This document shows positions 8,073 through 16,521 of a stretch of 37,705 nucleotides of DNA, piece after piece. The first letter of the stretch is position 1. Every line of letters begins with the position of its first letter. Origin of the DNA: a virus (lineage: Duplodnaviria > Caudoviricetes). The notes under the pieces were generated by a model that searched no databases, had not been told where the DNA came from, and worked only from the letters and a program-made list of their open reading frames with translations. The translations under genes were made by a program, and so were the position numbers. The stretch is from positions 1 through 37,705 of IMG/VR virus record IMGVR_UViG_3300028422_000467, one strand, 5' to 3'.

Positions 8073-9767
8073 CTAGGGGAATAGAATCGAGTGGGGAGTG
8101 CCGAGGCCGTCGGCGATCAGGGTCGCAGCGGATGTGCTCGCTCTGCGGTAGATCTTGCCGTTGGATTCCGCAAAGTCGTCGGATCCGACCGTGAAGTACA
8201 GGTAACCGCTTGAGTCGAAAGCCATCCCGCGCACCGGATAGGTGTACGTGCTGTACAAATTCAGATAAGTCAACACCGACCCAGCCTGAGTGATTTGCTG
8301 AAGAATAGGGCTGATGCCTGCTGACACATAGATGTTGTTGCTGGAATCGCAGGCCAGGGCTGTCGGCGAATTGCAAACAGTGGCATTGTAATAGAAGGTC
8401 GACGCCGACCCGGCCGGGGTGATCTTCTTGATCTGAGCGGAGCTATAGACGCTCAGGTACACGTTGTCGGACGAGTCGATGGTGATTCCGTAGCAGGTTG
8501 ACCCCAGTGTGTAGAACGTCGAGGTGGCACCCGCCGGGGTGACCTTGATGACGGTGCCGTTGGTGCCGGAGAGGACGAACAGGTTCCCCGACGAGTCGAC
8601 AACCATTCCCGAGGGGGAGGTCACCGTAGCGTGTTCGGTGATGCCACTCCCGTCGACCGCATAGATGGCATCGTCACCGCCGGAGGCGACATACAGGGTG
8701 TCACCGTACATGGCTATGCCGACCGGATCGTTCACCATGCAGGCACGAAACAGAGCCTCCCCCGCAGCCACCCCGACAGCGACCTGCTTGGCCCCCTGAA
8801 GCGACACCCAGAAGGGATCCGGGGTTGTCACATGAACCTGCGGTTGGATCAATTCCATTTGCCAGGTGACACACCACCCCGGAAACCAGCTGACGATGTC
8901 GTGGCTGCCTCCTAAGACGGCTGTCACTCCCCCGTCGGAGTCGAATGCGGCGACTTCCGCCGCAATACCGGTGCGGAGGGTGTGAGGGCCAGTCGTGTAG
9001 GGCGTCAAGATACCGTCGGGTGCCACATCGAGGTCATCCGTCGGATGCTGGGCCCCCACCACCCTGAGCCCCCACGACGTGGAATCGGAGTGGATCATAA
9101 CCGGAGTAAAAGAGGCGTACACGTCGATCTCGATATACGTGGGTTCTGTAAGGTTTTCAGAGAACTTATCGCCGTTGCTCACGTCTTCCACGAACTTATA
9201 GCCGAGCATCGTGGTGCCGCGGTAGATCACCACCAGGATGCCGGTGGCATTCGTCATGGTGATACTGGTATCGGTGCCGTCGCCCCACTTCCATGCCAGC
9301 CGTCCACATGCATAGTTGTTGTTCTCCGTCGCGGTGTTCCACCCACCGGAGGGAATCGACGGTGTGGTCGAAGTCCCGCGAAAGGCGAAGGCCACCAGGA
9401 GATCACCAGGGGCATGAGCGGGAATCGACACCGTAGCCCCCGCGTAGGATGCCCCGTCCACATAGCTGATGCTCGATGGAAAGGATGACAACACCGGAGC
9501 AGACATACCCAACGCGGCGGTTCCCGAGAGTGCGCCACTGCCAGCATATTTCGCATACGGACCGGTCCCGGCCAGTGCGCCGACCCCCGACGTGATCGCC
9601 TCTCTGGCGTAGGACGCGAACTGCTCGGCCGAGATCTGCCCAGCGCCCTCCAGCGCAGACACGATTCCCACGTTCCCGTAAACCGCCGCCGCCAGGGCGG
9701 CGCTGGCGGTCAGATCGAACGCCCGCTCGGTGCCCGGAGCAACGACGGCTGCCAGATGTCCGGCCAT
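8073..9767 (-). CDS. Minor tail protein with C-terminal NHL-like beta-propeller
   Basis: Repeats PSGMVVDSSGNLFV, CYGITIDSSDNVYL, PTALACDSSNNIYV, VRGMAFDSSGYLYF. Confidence 0.8.
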   Translation of the reverse strand: MAGHLAAVVAPGTERAFDLTASAALAAAVYGNVGIVSALEGAGQISAEQFASYAREAITSGVGALAGTGPYAKYAGSGALSGTAALGMSAPVLSSFPSSISYVDGASYAGATVSIPAHAPGDLLVAFAFRGTSTTPSIPSGGWNTATENNNYACGRLAWKWGDGTDTSITMTNATGILVVIYRGTTMLGYKFVEDVSNGDKFSENLTEPTYIEIDVYASFTPVMIHSDSTSWGLRVVGAQHPTDDLDVAPDGILTPYTTGPHTLRTGIAAEVAAFDSDGGVTAVLGGSHDIVSWFPGWCVTWQMELIQPQVHVTTPDPFWVSLQGAKQVAVGVAAGEALFRACMVNDPVGIAMYGDTLYVASGGDDAIYAVDGSGITEHATVTSPSGMVVDSSGNLFVLSGTNGTVIKVTPAGATSTFYTLGSTCYGITIDSSDNVYLSVYSSAQIKKITPAGSASTFYYNATVCNSPTALACDSSNNIYVSAGISPILQQITQAGSVLTYLNLYSTYTYPVRGMAFDSSGYLYFTVGSDDFAESNGKIYRRASTSAATLIADGLGTPHSILFP

Positions 9768-10141
9768 CAGAGGGTGTCCTGATCATTGAGCGAGTTCTTC
9801 ACGATCACGTCGAAGCACCGCGCCAGCACGACCAGGCTCAGCGACTGGCACCACCCGATCAGCTTCTCCCGTTCAGCAGCGGTGGCCGCGCCCTGCGCGG
9901 AGACGAGGTACTGCTCAATACGGGTCAGAATCTGCTCGCGGGTGATGTCATGTCCGGTATCCAGGTCGCCGAACTCGTGGACGATGACCCGGTCCCACAC
10001 CCGCGCCAGCACGGCCAGCGACAGGCCGCCGGCACCGTCGAGGTACTGGGTGATCGCAGAGTCAGACTGGGCAGCAAGCGCATTCTCCAGGTAGCCATCC
10101 ACCTGTCCGAGAATCTGCGCCCGGGTGTACGTCCATGCCAC
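9767..10141 (-). CDS. Hypothetical protein with an internally duplicated helical domain (124 aa)
   Basis: GTG start at 10141 after GAAAGGGG RBS; two copies of TRxQIL...YL...LSLxVLARxxD. Confidence 0.75.
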   Translation of the reverse strand: MAWTYTRAQILGQVDGYLENALAAQSDSAITQYLDGAGGLSLAVLARVWDRVIVHEFGDLDTGHDITREQILTRIEQYLVSAQGAATAAEREKLIGWCQSLSLVVLARCFDVIVKNSLNDQDTL

Positions 10142-10170
10142 CTGATCGCCCCTTTCCGCTGGTATGCACC

Positions 10171-11697
10171 TTACGCCTGATACGCCTTGAACCACGCCTT
10201 GCCGACAGCCCCGTCACCACCGTTGTAGCCGGTGAAGATACCGCCAGCACCGCCCTGACCGCCGCCTCCCGGCGCGTTGCCCGCTGCCCCGGTGTTCCCG
10301 CCGGAACTCTGCGCGTTGCCGCCGTCATAGCTCTCACCGTTGAACGACAGCGGGTCGGGACTGGGAGCCAGGCCGGTGCGGCCTTCGGTTGTCGCATTCT
10401 GCTCCTCGCCGCCGTCGCCGGACAGTCCGGCCCATCCTGTCGCCGTCGCGGTGGTCGGGGAGCCGTCCGCTGCGGGGCCGTTGCCGACACCGCCGTTGCC
10501 GTGCAACCCACCGGCACCAACGCTGCCGGTGATCGCAGTGACGCTCCAGCCGATGTCGGTTCCCCTCACCAGCGTGGTGTAACCCCAGTGCCCACCCTTG
10601 CCACCCGAACCGATGATGAACGCACCGGCACCGCCCTGCCCGCCGCCGCCACCACCGATCAGCACCACATCGACGTGCGTGGCCCAGTACGGAATGTCGT
10701 AGGAGAACGCCCCTGCTGTCGTGTAGGTGGTATAGGCGGCAGACATCGCCGGGAAAGCCGCTGTGGCCGATGCCGTTCCGGAACCGGCCAGCGCCACACT
10801 GCGGGGGTAGTTGGGGTAGGCCGAAGCCGTTACCGTGCCAACACCGCCCTCGGCACTGGCGGATGCGTACTTGGCGAATGCCGCCGCTATGTCCGCACCG
10901 ACACCGGCCAGGTCGCCGGTGCGAAGAAACTGTTGCACAGCAGCAGCGGCAAGTTGCCCCGAACCCGTAAGGGTGGCGACTGCCTCGACGAACTGATATG
11001 CGAATGCCGTCACGTCTCCGGATGCCGCCAGGGCCGCGAGGATGGGGATGATGCCCTCCACCTCGGCGGAGAGGGTGGCCGATCCGGTGAGTGTCGTAGA
11101 CACGGTGATCAGGAAGTTGGTGACCTCACCCTCCAGCAGGCCCGCAGCGGCCAGGGCCACAGCGACGGCCGCACCAGGCCATGCGTCCGCCCTCAAGCCG
11201 TCGGCGATCTCGGCCCCGGTGATGAGGCCGGTCAACGCACCCTCGGCGTCCATGCCCGCGGCCGCGAAGATGTCGGCCAGAACATCCAGCGCACCAAGGG
11301 CATTCAGCGGGATGTTCACGTTGTGCCACGCCGTGCCGCTCAGGCCGCCCTCGTCTTCGAACGCCGTCGCGGTCAGGAAACCCTCGGCATAGATCGGCGC
11401 GACGCCTGGCTGCGAGGATGAGATCTCGCCGGACAGTTCGCCCTCGCTGGAGAACTCCTCTGACAGGAACACCAGGAAGTTGGTCAACGCTACCGAGAGT
11501 TCACCCTCGGCCCAAAGCATCTCCTCCAGGAACGTCGTCGCCGACGTCGTTGCCGACAGTGCACCGTCACCCATGAACCGGTACAGAAACGGGAACTTCC
11601 GCCAGGACCGGGACCCCCACTGATTGGACGGCGGATTCGGCCACCAGGAGCGCTGTGGCGGCGGAGTGTAGAGGTCAGGACTGGTGGCCCAACTCAC
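10171..11697 (-). CDS. Minor tail protein with degenerate repeats and C-terminal glycine-rich domain
   Basis: Repeated xxG[ETA]L[ST]A units; YTTAGAFSYDIPYWATHVDVVLIGGGGGG glycine-rich domain. Confidence 0.85.
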   Translation of the reverse strand: MSWATSPDLYTPPPQRSWWPNPPSNQWGSRSWRKFPFLYRFMGDGALSATTSATTFLEEMLWAEGELSVALTNFLVFLSEEFSSEGELSGEISSSQPGVAPIYAEGFLTATAFEDEGGLSGTAWHNVNIPLNALGALDVLADIFAAAGMDAEGALTGLITGAEIADGLRADAWPGAAVAVALAAAGLLEGEVTNFLITVSTTLTGSATLSAEVEGIIPILAALAASGDVTAFAYQFVEAVATLTGSGQLAAAAVQQFLRTGDLAGVGADIAAAFAKYASASAEGGVGTVTASAYPNYPRSVALAGSGTASATAAFPAMSAAYTTYTTAGAFSYDIPYWATHVDVVLIGGGGGGQGGAGAFIIGSGGKGGHWGYTTLVRGTDIGWSVTAITGSVGAGGLHGNGGVGNGPAADGSPTTATATGWAGLSGDGGEEQNATTEGRTGLAPSPDPLSFNGESYDGGNAQSSGGNTGAAGNAPGGGGQGGAGGIFTGYNGGDGAVGKAWFKAYQA

Positions 11698-11700
11698 CGG

Positions 11701-11988
11701 TTAGCCTGCCCGGTAGAGCTTCTGGTATGTGTCCGATGACAGGATCTCCATCACTTCGACGGCCGAGTTCCATACCACCACCTGTCCGAGTGTGGCGGGA
11801 ATGGACTTCCCCGAGCCGGGACCATTGAGCTCCAGCAACCACACCTGCTCGCCGTCCTTGACATATCCGCCGGCCTGTCCCCGATACCCGACCGTCAGGG
11901 CGAACTCCAGGGCCTCCATCATCGCCGCAGGACTGTCGAGGAGAATGGCTTCGACATCCTGGGGTTGACGCACCGCGCGTTCGATCAT
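11701..11988 (-). CDS. Hypothetical protein (95 aa)
   Basis: Start reassigned to ATG 11988 (MIERAVR) after GGAGGAG RBS. Confidence 0.75.
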   Translation of the reverse strand: MIERAVRQPQDVEAILLDSPAAMMEALEFALTVGYRGQAGGYVKDGEQVWLLELNGPGSGKSIPATLGQVVVWNSAVEVMEILSSDTYQKLYRAG

Positions 11989-12001
11989 CTCTGCTCCTCC
12001 A

Positions 12002-15000
12002 TCAGTTGTCCCATGCCGCCCAGGAATTGAACTTCGCCGGGTTGGCCTGCTGGAACGCCAGGATGGCACCCTCGGCCATCATGCCGCACCCGATGCCCCG
12101 GTAGTCACTACCCAGGCTCGATGCCGTACCCACTTCGTCCACCGCCAGGATGATGGCGTCGTTGATCTTGGCGAGGTAGTAGCGGTCGTCGCCGATGACA
12201 CCGGCTTCCAGGCTGATGATAGAGCCGTTGCCCGGAACCGGGCTCACGTCGGTGGTGTCCCACTGCACGTAGCTCCCGCCCGCCGCATACCCGATGGCCA
12301 CCTCACCGTCGGCCCCGAACGCCGCCCTGATGTAGTGGGTGCCGTCGGCTGACATCCGCGCCATCAGGAAGTTGTAGCCGCACTTCGACCACCAGGTGAA
12401 GTTCTGCCCCTTGGAGCCGAGGACACCGACCACCTTCTGGCGGTCGGTGTTCAGCACCGGATTGGTGCCGTTCCACTGAGCCAGGCAGGCGCGGGTGACC
12501 CATCCGGATTGGTCCCAGCCAGCGGCATGCCCGTCGGTTTCCATCTCACCGCCACCGGACCCGCTGTACCGCTGAACCCAGTCATCCCCCAGCGTGTTTA
12601 CGTCGTCGCGCTCGAAGTCGTCGAACACCGCGATACCGCCGGTGAGGAGGCCGTTCAGGTAGGCGATCGCCGACGTGTTCGCCCGCAGCGCCGCAGCTGT
12701 GGTCTGATAGGTCCCCAGCGCACCATCGTGGTTGATGTCGACGCCGATCAGATCCTCCAGGCCGAGCATGACGTTGCCGAGCATGGTGCCGATGCCGGGA
12801 ACCGAGGAATCCCGCAGGCCGCCGGTCTTGTACAGCATCGCCTCGTCCCACCACACCGTCCCCGACGATGCAGTGGTGGGCAGCATCAGGGCGAGCCTGA
12901 CATGGTCGACACCGTCAGGCACCGTGTATTCGGTGAAGGTCAGCTGAGTCCAATCATCCGTTGCCGCAGGCGTATTCACTGCGGCCAGCTGCTCGGTGTT
13001 GAGGACCATACCGGCGGCGTTGTACTCGTTGACGGACAGGATGATCGGATCGCTGCCCGCGTAGGACAGGCTGTCCCACTTCGCCCAGACGCTACCGTCG
13101 AACGTGTCCCCCGCCACCACGTAGGACGGGTTGGACTCCAGCTTCTTCAGGGTGGCGTCGGCGGTGACCTTCGCCGACCCGGCGGTGAGCTTGCCCTGGG
13201 TGCCGTCCCACTCCCAGCCGTCCTCCTCGATCACCGAGATGTCGGTGTCGAAGGTTGCGTTCAGCACGATGTTGGTGCCGGTGTCGGAAACAACGCTGGC
13301 CGGAATCCTGGTGGGATGCACCCCGGCGAACCTGGCCTGCAGGTCGTCACGCCAATCGGCCAGCGTATCGAGTGTCCCGGTGACCGCCCCGGTGATCGCG
13401 TGCACCAGTGGGCCGATCAGCGGCAGGGTCTCCACCCAGCTGACGATGTCGTCCAAGCCACCGGCCAATCCGGTGAAAGCGTTGACCAGCTGATCCAGTA
13501 GTGAGCCGTTGGAGCCGTCGAGGAATCCGCCGAACCAATCAGCGACATCGGAGAGCCCACCGCCCACCAGGCCGGTGATGTTCTGGATCAGATCACCCAT
13601 CCAGTCGAGCAACCCATTGACCCAGGACTGTTGCAGCTTGCCGGTTTTCGCTAGGGACAGATCATCGAAGTTCACCCTGCCGGAAATAGCCGTGGAACCA
13701 ACCTGCACATACACCTGGCAGGAGTCCACACTCTCGGGCACCGCGACGGTTCCGGCCAATTCGGTCCACGCCGTCGCCGAGGCGAGAGTGTCGATGGTGC
13801 TGGTGGACACCGGAGAACCGTCCAGGAACCACTGCACCACCAGCGACAGCGGAGTGCCGGTATAAGAATAGGAACCATCCGTCTTCACCCAGACCGAGGC
13901 GTCAATGGTCTGATTCTCGGCCACCTTGATGACATCTGGATGTGTCCAGGTGTGCGCGAAACCATCTGCGTCGACTCCGATGGAGCCACTGCCTCCGGCG
14001 GTATGGTCCTCGTAAACCGTTGGCAGATAAGTCGATCCGAGTCCATCCAGGTACGCGACGGCCATGTCGTAGGCCGTCAGCGTCCCGGTCGCGGTGTCGA
14101 TCGGGGTGATGCCGTAGTTGCCGTGCGGGATGCTCGACGAATTCTTCCCGACGAAACCGATCAGCGATTCCAGGGCGCGGATCAGCTTGGACAGCGACCC
14201 GAGCGGGTTGCCGAATCCATTGATCACCGTCTGCACAACCGTCCACGGGTTGCCGTCCCAGTCTTGGGTGGCGAAGTCGTAGACCAGCCCGCCCCAACTT
14301 GCCAGCGATGTGCTGAGCGCTGCCGCGATGTCGCCGTCCAGCACGTACTCGTACCAACTGGCCGGGACGCTCACCATGAGATCGTTTGTGGCGAAACCGG
14401 TTCCGCCGGGGTCCGCGATGCCGGGCGCGACCTCGCCGAGCTTGCGGCGCGGGTTCCCGAACATCACACCACCGACGAAGTCGGACAACCGGTCGTGGAT
14501 GGCCCCGCCCACGTCGAGCAACTCGTTTTCGTACACCAGGCTCGCGACGACCGCGCCCTGCGACTCCCCCGAGAATGCGAACGGCGTGCCGGGCTTCAGG
14601 GCCTGGACGGCGGCTACCAGATTCGCGACACCATCGTCGATAGAGTCCTGCAAAGGCACTGTCGCAGCGGGGTATTCGATGGCGTATGCCGACCAGTAGT
14701 CCTCGTCGACACGCCTGCCCACCGGGGCCACCGTCTGGGGGTAGGTGTCCGCGAACAGCGTGTCGGTGCCGTTCAGGGTGAACAGAAAGCAGGCCGGGCC
14801 CTCCCAGGTGAACCCGTCCTGCGGGTCAACCGGGAGGCTGAACGCCGGGTTGGTCAGCAGGTTCGATGACGTGACCGGCTCACCGACCTGGCTGACCGGG
14901 ATCAACCCACCCAGCAAGTCCGACAGTCCGTCGATCAGGGTGGCGGGTATCTGTGATGCGTTGGTGAGCAGGCTCGACGCCCACGCCTGGATGTCACCCA

Positions 15001-15658
15001 GTCCGCCGGGCTGGCCGGTCAACACCGTGACCAGTTGTCGAATCCACTCGCCCGAGATGAGGCCCTGTACCCACACCGTGATGTCGTCCAGGCTGCCGAC
15101 CGCAGAGGTCAACGCCTCCGAAAGCTGGTCCAGCAGTGAGCCGTTCGAACCGTCGAGGAACCCGCCGAACCAGTCGGCAATATCAGACAGGCCGCCACCG
15201 ATGATGCCGGTGATCGCCTCGACAATATCTCCGAGGATCGGGATGTCCCCCACCCAGGAGGTGATGTCATCAAGACCGCCCGGCAGACCGGTGAGCGCGT
15301 TGACCAACTGCTCCAGCAGCGAGCCGCCGGTAATGCCATCGAGGAACCCGCCGAAGAAATCGGCGATGTCGGACAGGTCGCCGCCGATAATGCCGGTCAG
15401 CGCCTCCACCAGCGGGCCGATCACGGGTAGGTCTGCCGCCCACGCCGTCAGTTGCGAGAGAGCTGACCCGAGTGGCCCGGGAACGAACAGACCGGTGAGC
15501 GCCTGGGTGATCGACGAGATGATGGATTCCCACAGCCGGTCCCGCATCGTGTGGAGCTGCTCATCAGAGATATCATTCCACTGCGTCCAGCGCGACGGCT
15601 CGGTGTGGACACCGGACGTCGAGGGAACGCCGGTGACCCAGTCAGGAACGGCTGTCAC
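12002..15658 (-). CDS. Minor tail protein (1218 aa): helical repeats, two CBM4/9-like domains, cutinase/LysB-like esterase, C-terminal beta domain
   Basis: GESQG nucleophile elbow, MFGNPRR, LDGD and PHGNY motifs; NLLTNPAF / NIVLNATFD...VNFDD / VWWDE CBM signatures; approximately 62-aa IGGxLSDIADxFGGFLDG repeats. Confidence 0.88.
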   Translation of the reverse strand: MTAVPDWVTGVPSTSGVHTEPSRWTQWNDISDEQLHTMRDRLWESIISSITQALTGLFVPGPLGSALSQLTAWAADLPVIGPLVEALTGIIGGDLSDIADFFGGFLDGITGGSLLEQLVNALTGLPGGLDDITSWVGDIPILGDIVEAITGIIGGGLSDIADWFGGFLDGSNGSLLDQLSEALTSAVGSLDDITVWVQGLISGEWIRQLVTVLTGQPGGLGDIQAWASSLLTNASQIPATLIDGLSDLLGGLIPVSQVGEPVTSSNLLTNPAFSLPVDPQDGFTWEGPACFLFTLNGTDTLFADTYPQTVAPVGRRVDEDYWSAYAIEYPAATVPLQDSIDDGVANLVAAVQALKPGTPFAFSGESQGAVVASLVYENELLDVGGAIHDRLSDFVGGVMFGNPRRKLGEVAPGIADPGGTGFATNDLMVSVPASWYEYVLDGDIAAALSTSLASWGGLVYDFATQDWDGNPWTVVQTVINGFGNPLGSLSKLIRALESLIGFVGKNSSSIPHGNYGITPIDTATGTLTAYDMAVAYLDGLGSTYLPTVYEDHTAGGSGSIGVDADGFAHTWTHPDVIKVAENQTIDASVWVKTDGSYSYTGTPLSLVVQWFLDGSPVSTSTIDTLASATAWTELAGTVAVPESVDSCQVYVQVGSTAISGRVNFDDLSLAKTGKLQQSWVNGLLDWMGDLIQNITGLVGGGLSDVADWFGGFLDGSNGSLLDQLVNAFTGLAGGLDDIVSWVETLPLIGPLVHAITGAVTGTLDTLADWRDDLQARFAGVHPTRIPASVVSDTGTNIVLNATFDTDISVIEEDGWEWDGTQGKLTAGSAKVTADATLKKLESNPSYVVAGDTFDGSVWAKWDSLSYAGSDPIILSVNEYNAAGMVLNTEQLAAVNTPAATDDWTQLTFTEYTVPDGVDHVRLALMLPTTASSGTVWWDEAMLYKTGGLRDSSVPGIGTMLGNVMLGLEDLIGVDINHDGALGTYQTTAAALRANTSAIAYLNGLLTGGIAVFDDFERDDVNTLGDDWVQRYSGSGGGEMETDGHAAGWDQSGWVTRACLAQWNGTNPVLNTDRQKVVGVLGSKGQNFTWWSKCGYNFLMARMSADGTHYIRAAFGADGEVAIGYAAGGSYVQWDTTDVSPVPGNGSIISLEAGVIGDDRYYLAKINDAIILAVDEVGTASSLGSDYRGIGCGMMAEGAILAFQQANPAKFNSWAAWDN

Positions 15659-16509
15659 GGTACCGGTGCCACCCTCACCTTGAAGGCGGTCGCCGCCGAC
15701 GTGGTGGTGAACGTGTTCGCACCGGACTGCCGCTCAGCACGCAGGTACACCACCGTCGGCCCTGCGCCCGCGGCGATCTTGTTGTAGGCGTCAGCCGAAC
15801 CAGCCGGTGGCCCACTGGACAGTACCGTGGAGAAGCCCTCGGTGTTCTCGCCGACATGGCCCCGGCCCCGGCCGACGATGTTCCCCGACGTAGCGTTGTC
15901 CAGGCGGGCGATCAGGTCCACCTGAACGTCGGCTCCGGTCCCGGTGACGACACACCAGCCGTCCACCTCCGGCCGCCAGTCGAAGTCCTGCGCTGGAATC
16001 GACACCGAGCACAGCGTATAGGCGGCGTTACCGGACGGCGTGTTGGAAATCGAGGCCGGCCAGTACATATCGCCCACCGGCTGAGTGGTGTAGTCGAACC
16101 CGTCGGCGGTGGCGTTCACCACCAGAATGTCCCCGGCGGCAGCGGTGCCCGACACATCGTCGGCGTCCATCAGGTCGAACGGGCCCAGCTCCCCAGGCGG
16201 CCCCTGCCGGTTGGTCATGGTGAGCCGGAACAGATTGGCGCTGATCTCCGAGAACGACGCCGCATCGGCGGTGACATCGTCGTAGGTCAGCGGGACGGTG
16301 ACTACGGTGGAGTCGATACTGGGGGTGTCGCCGGTATCACCCTTCACCAGGGCCGGGAAGTTCCCCAAACCACCGTCGGGCACGGCCACAGCGAAGAACA
16401 TGTTGCTGCTCGGGTCCCAGTCCAGCGGGATGCGGAACTGCGCGACCTCGACAACGAGATACTCCTTGCCGTCGATCGTGGTCGTCGTCCAGTTTGTTAC
16501 CTCTGCCAT
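15655..16509 (-). CDS. Minor tail (baseplate) protein
   Basis: Third gene after the tape measure; short collagen-like KGDTGD and QGPPG segments. Confidence 0.8.
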   Translation of the reverse strand: MAEVTNWTTTTIDGKEYLVVEVAQFRIPLDWDPSSNMFFAVAVPDGGLGNFPALVKGDTGDTPSIDSTVVTVPLTYDDVTADAASFSEISANLFRLTMTNRQGPPGELGPFDLMDADDVSGTAAAGDILVVNATADGFDYTTQPVGDMYWPASISNTPSGNAAYTLCSVSIPAQDFDWRPEVDGWCVVTGTGADVQVDLIARLDNATSGNIVGRGRGHVGENTEGFSTVLSSGPPAGSADAYNKIAAGAGPTVVYLRAERQSGANTFTTTSAATAFKVRVAPVP

Positions 16510-16521
16510 GTCATCCTCCGG

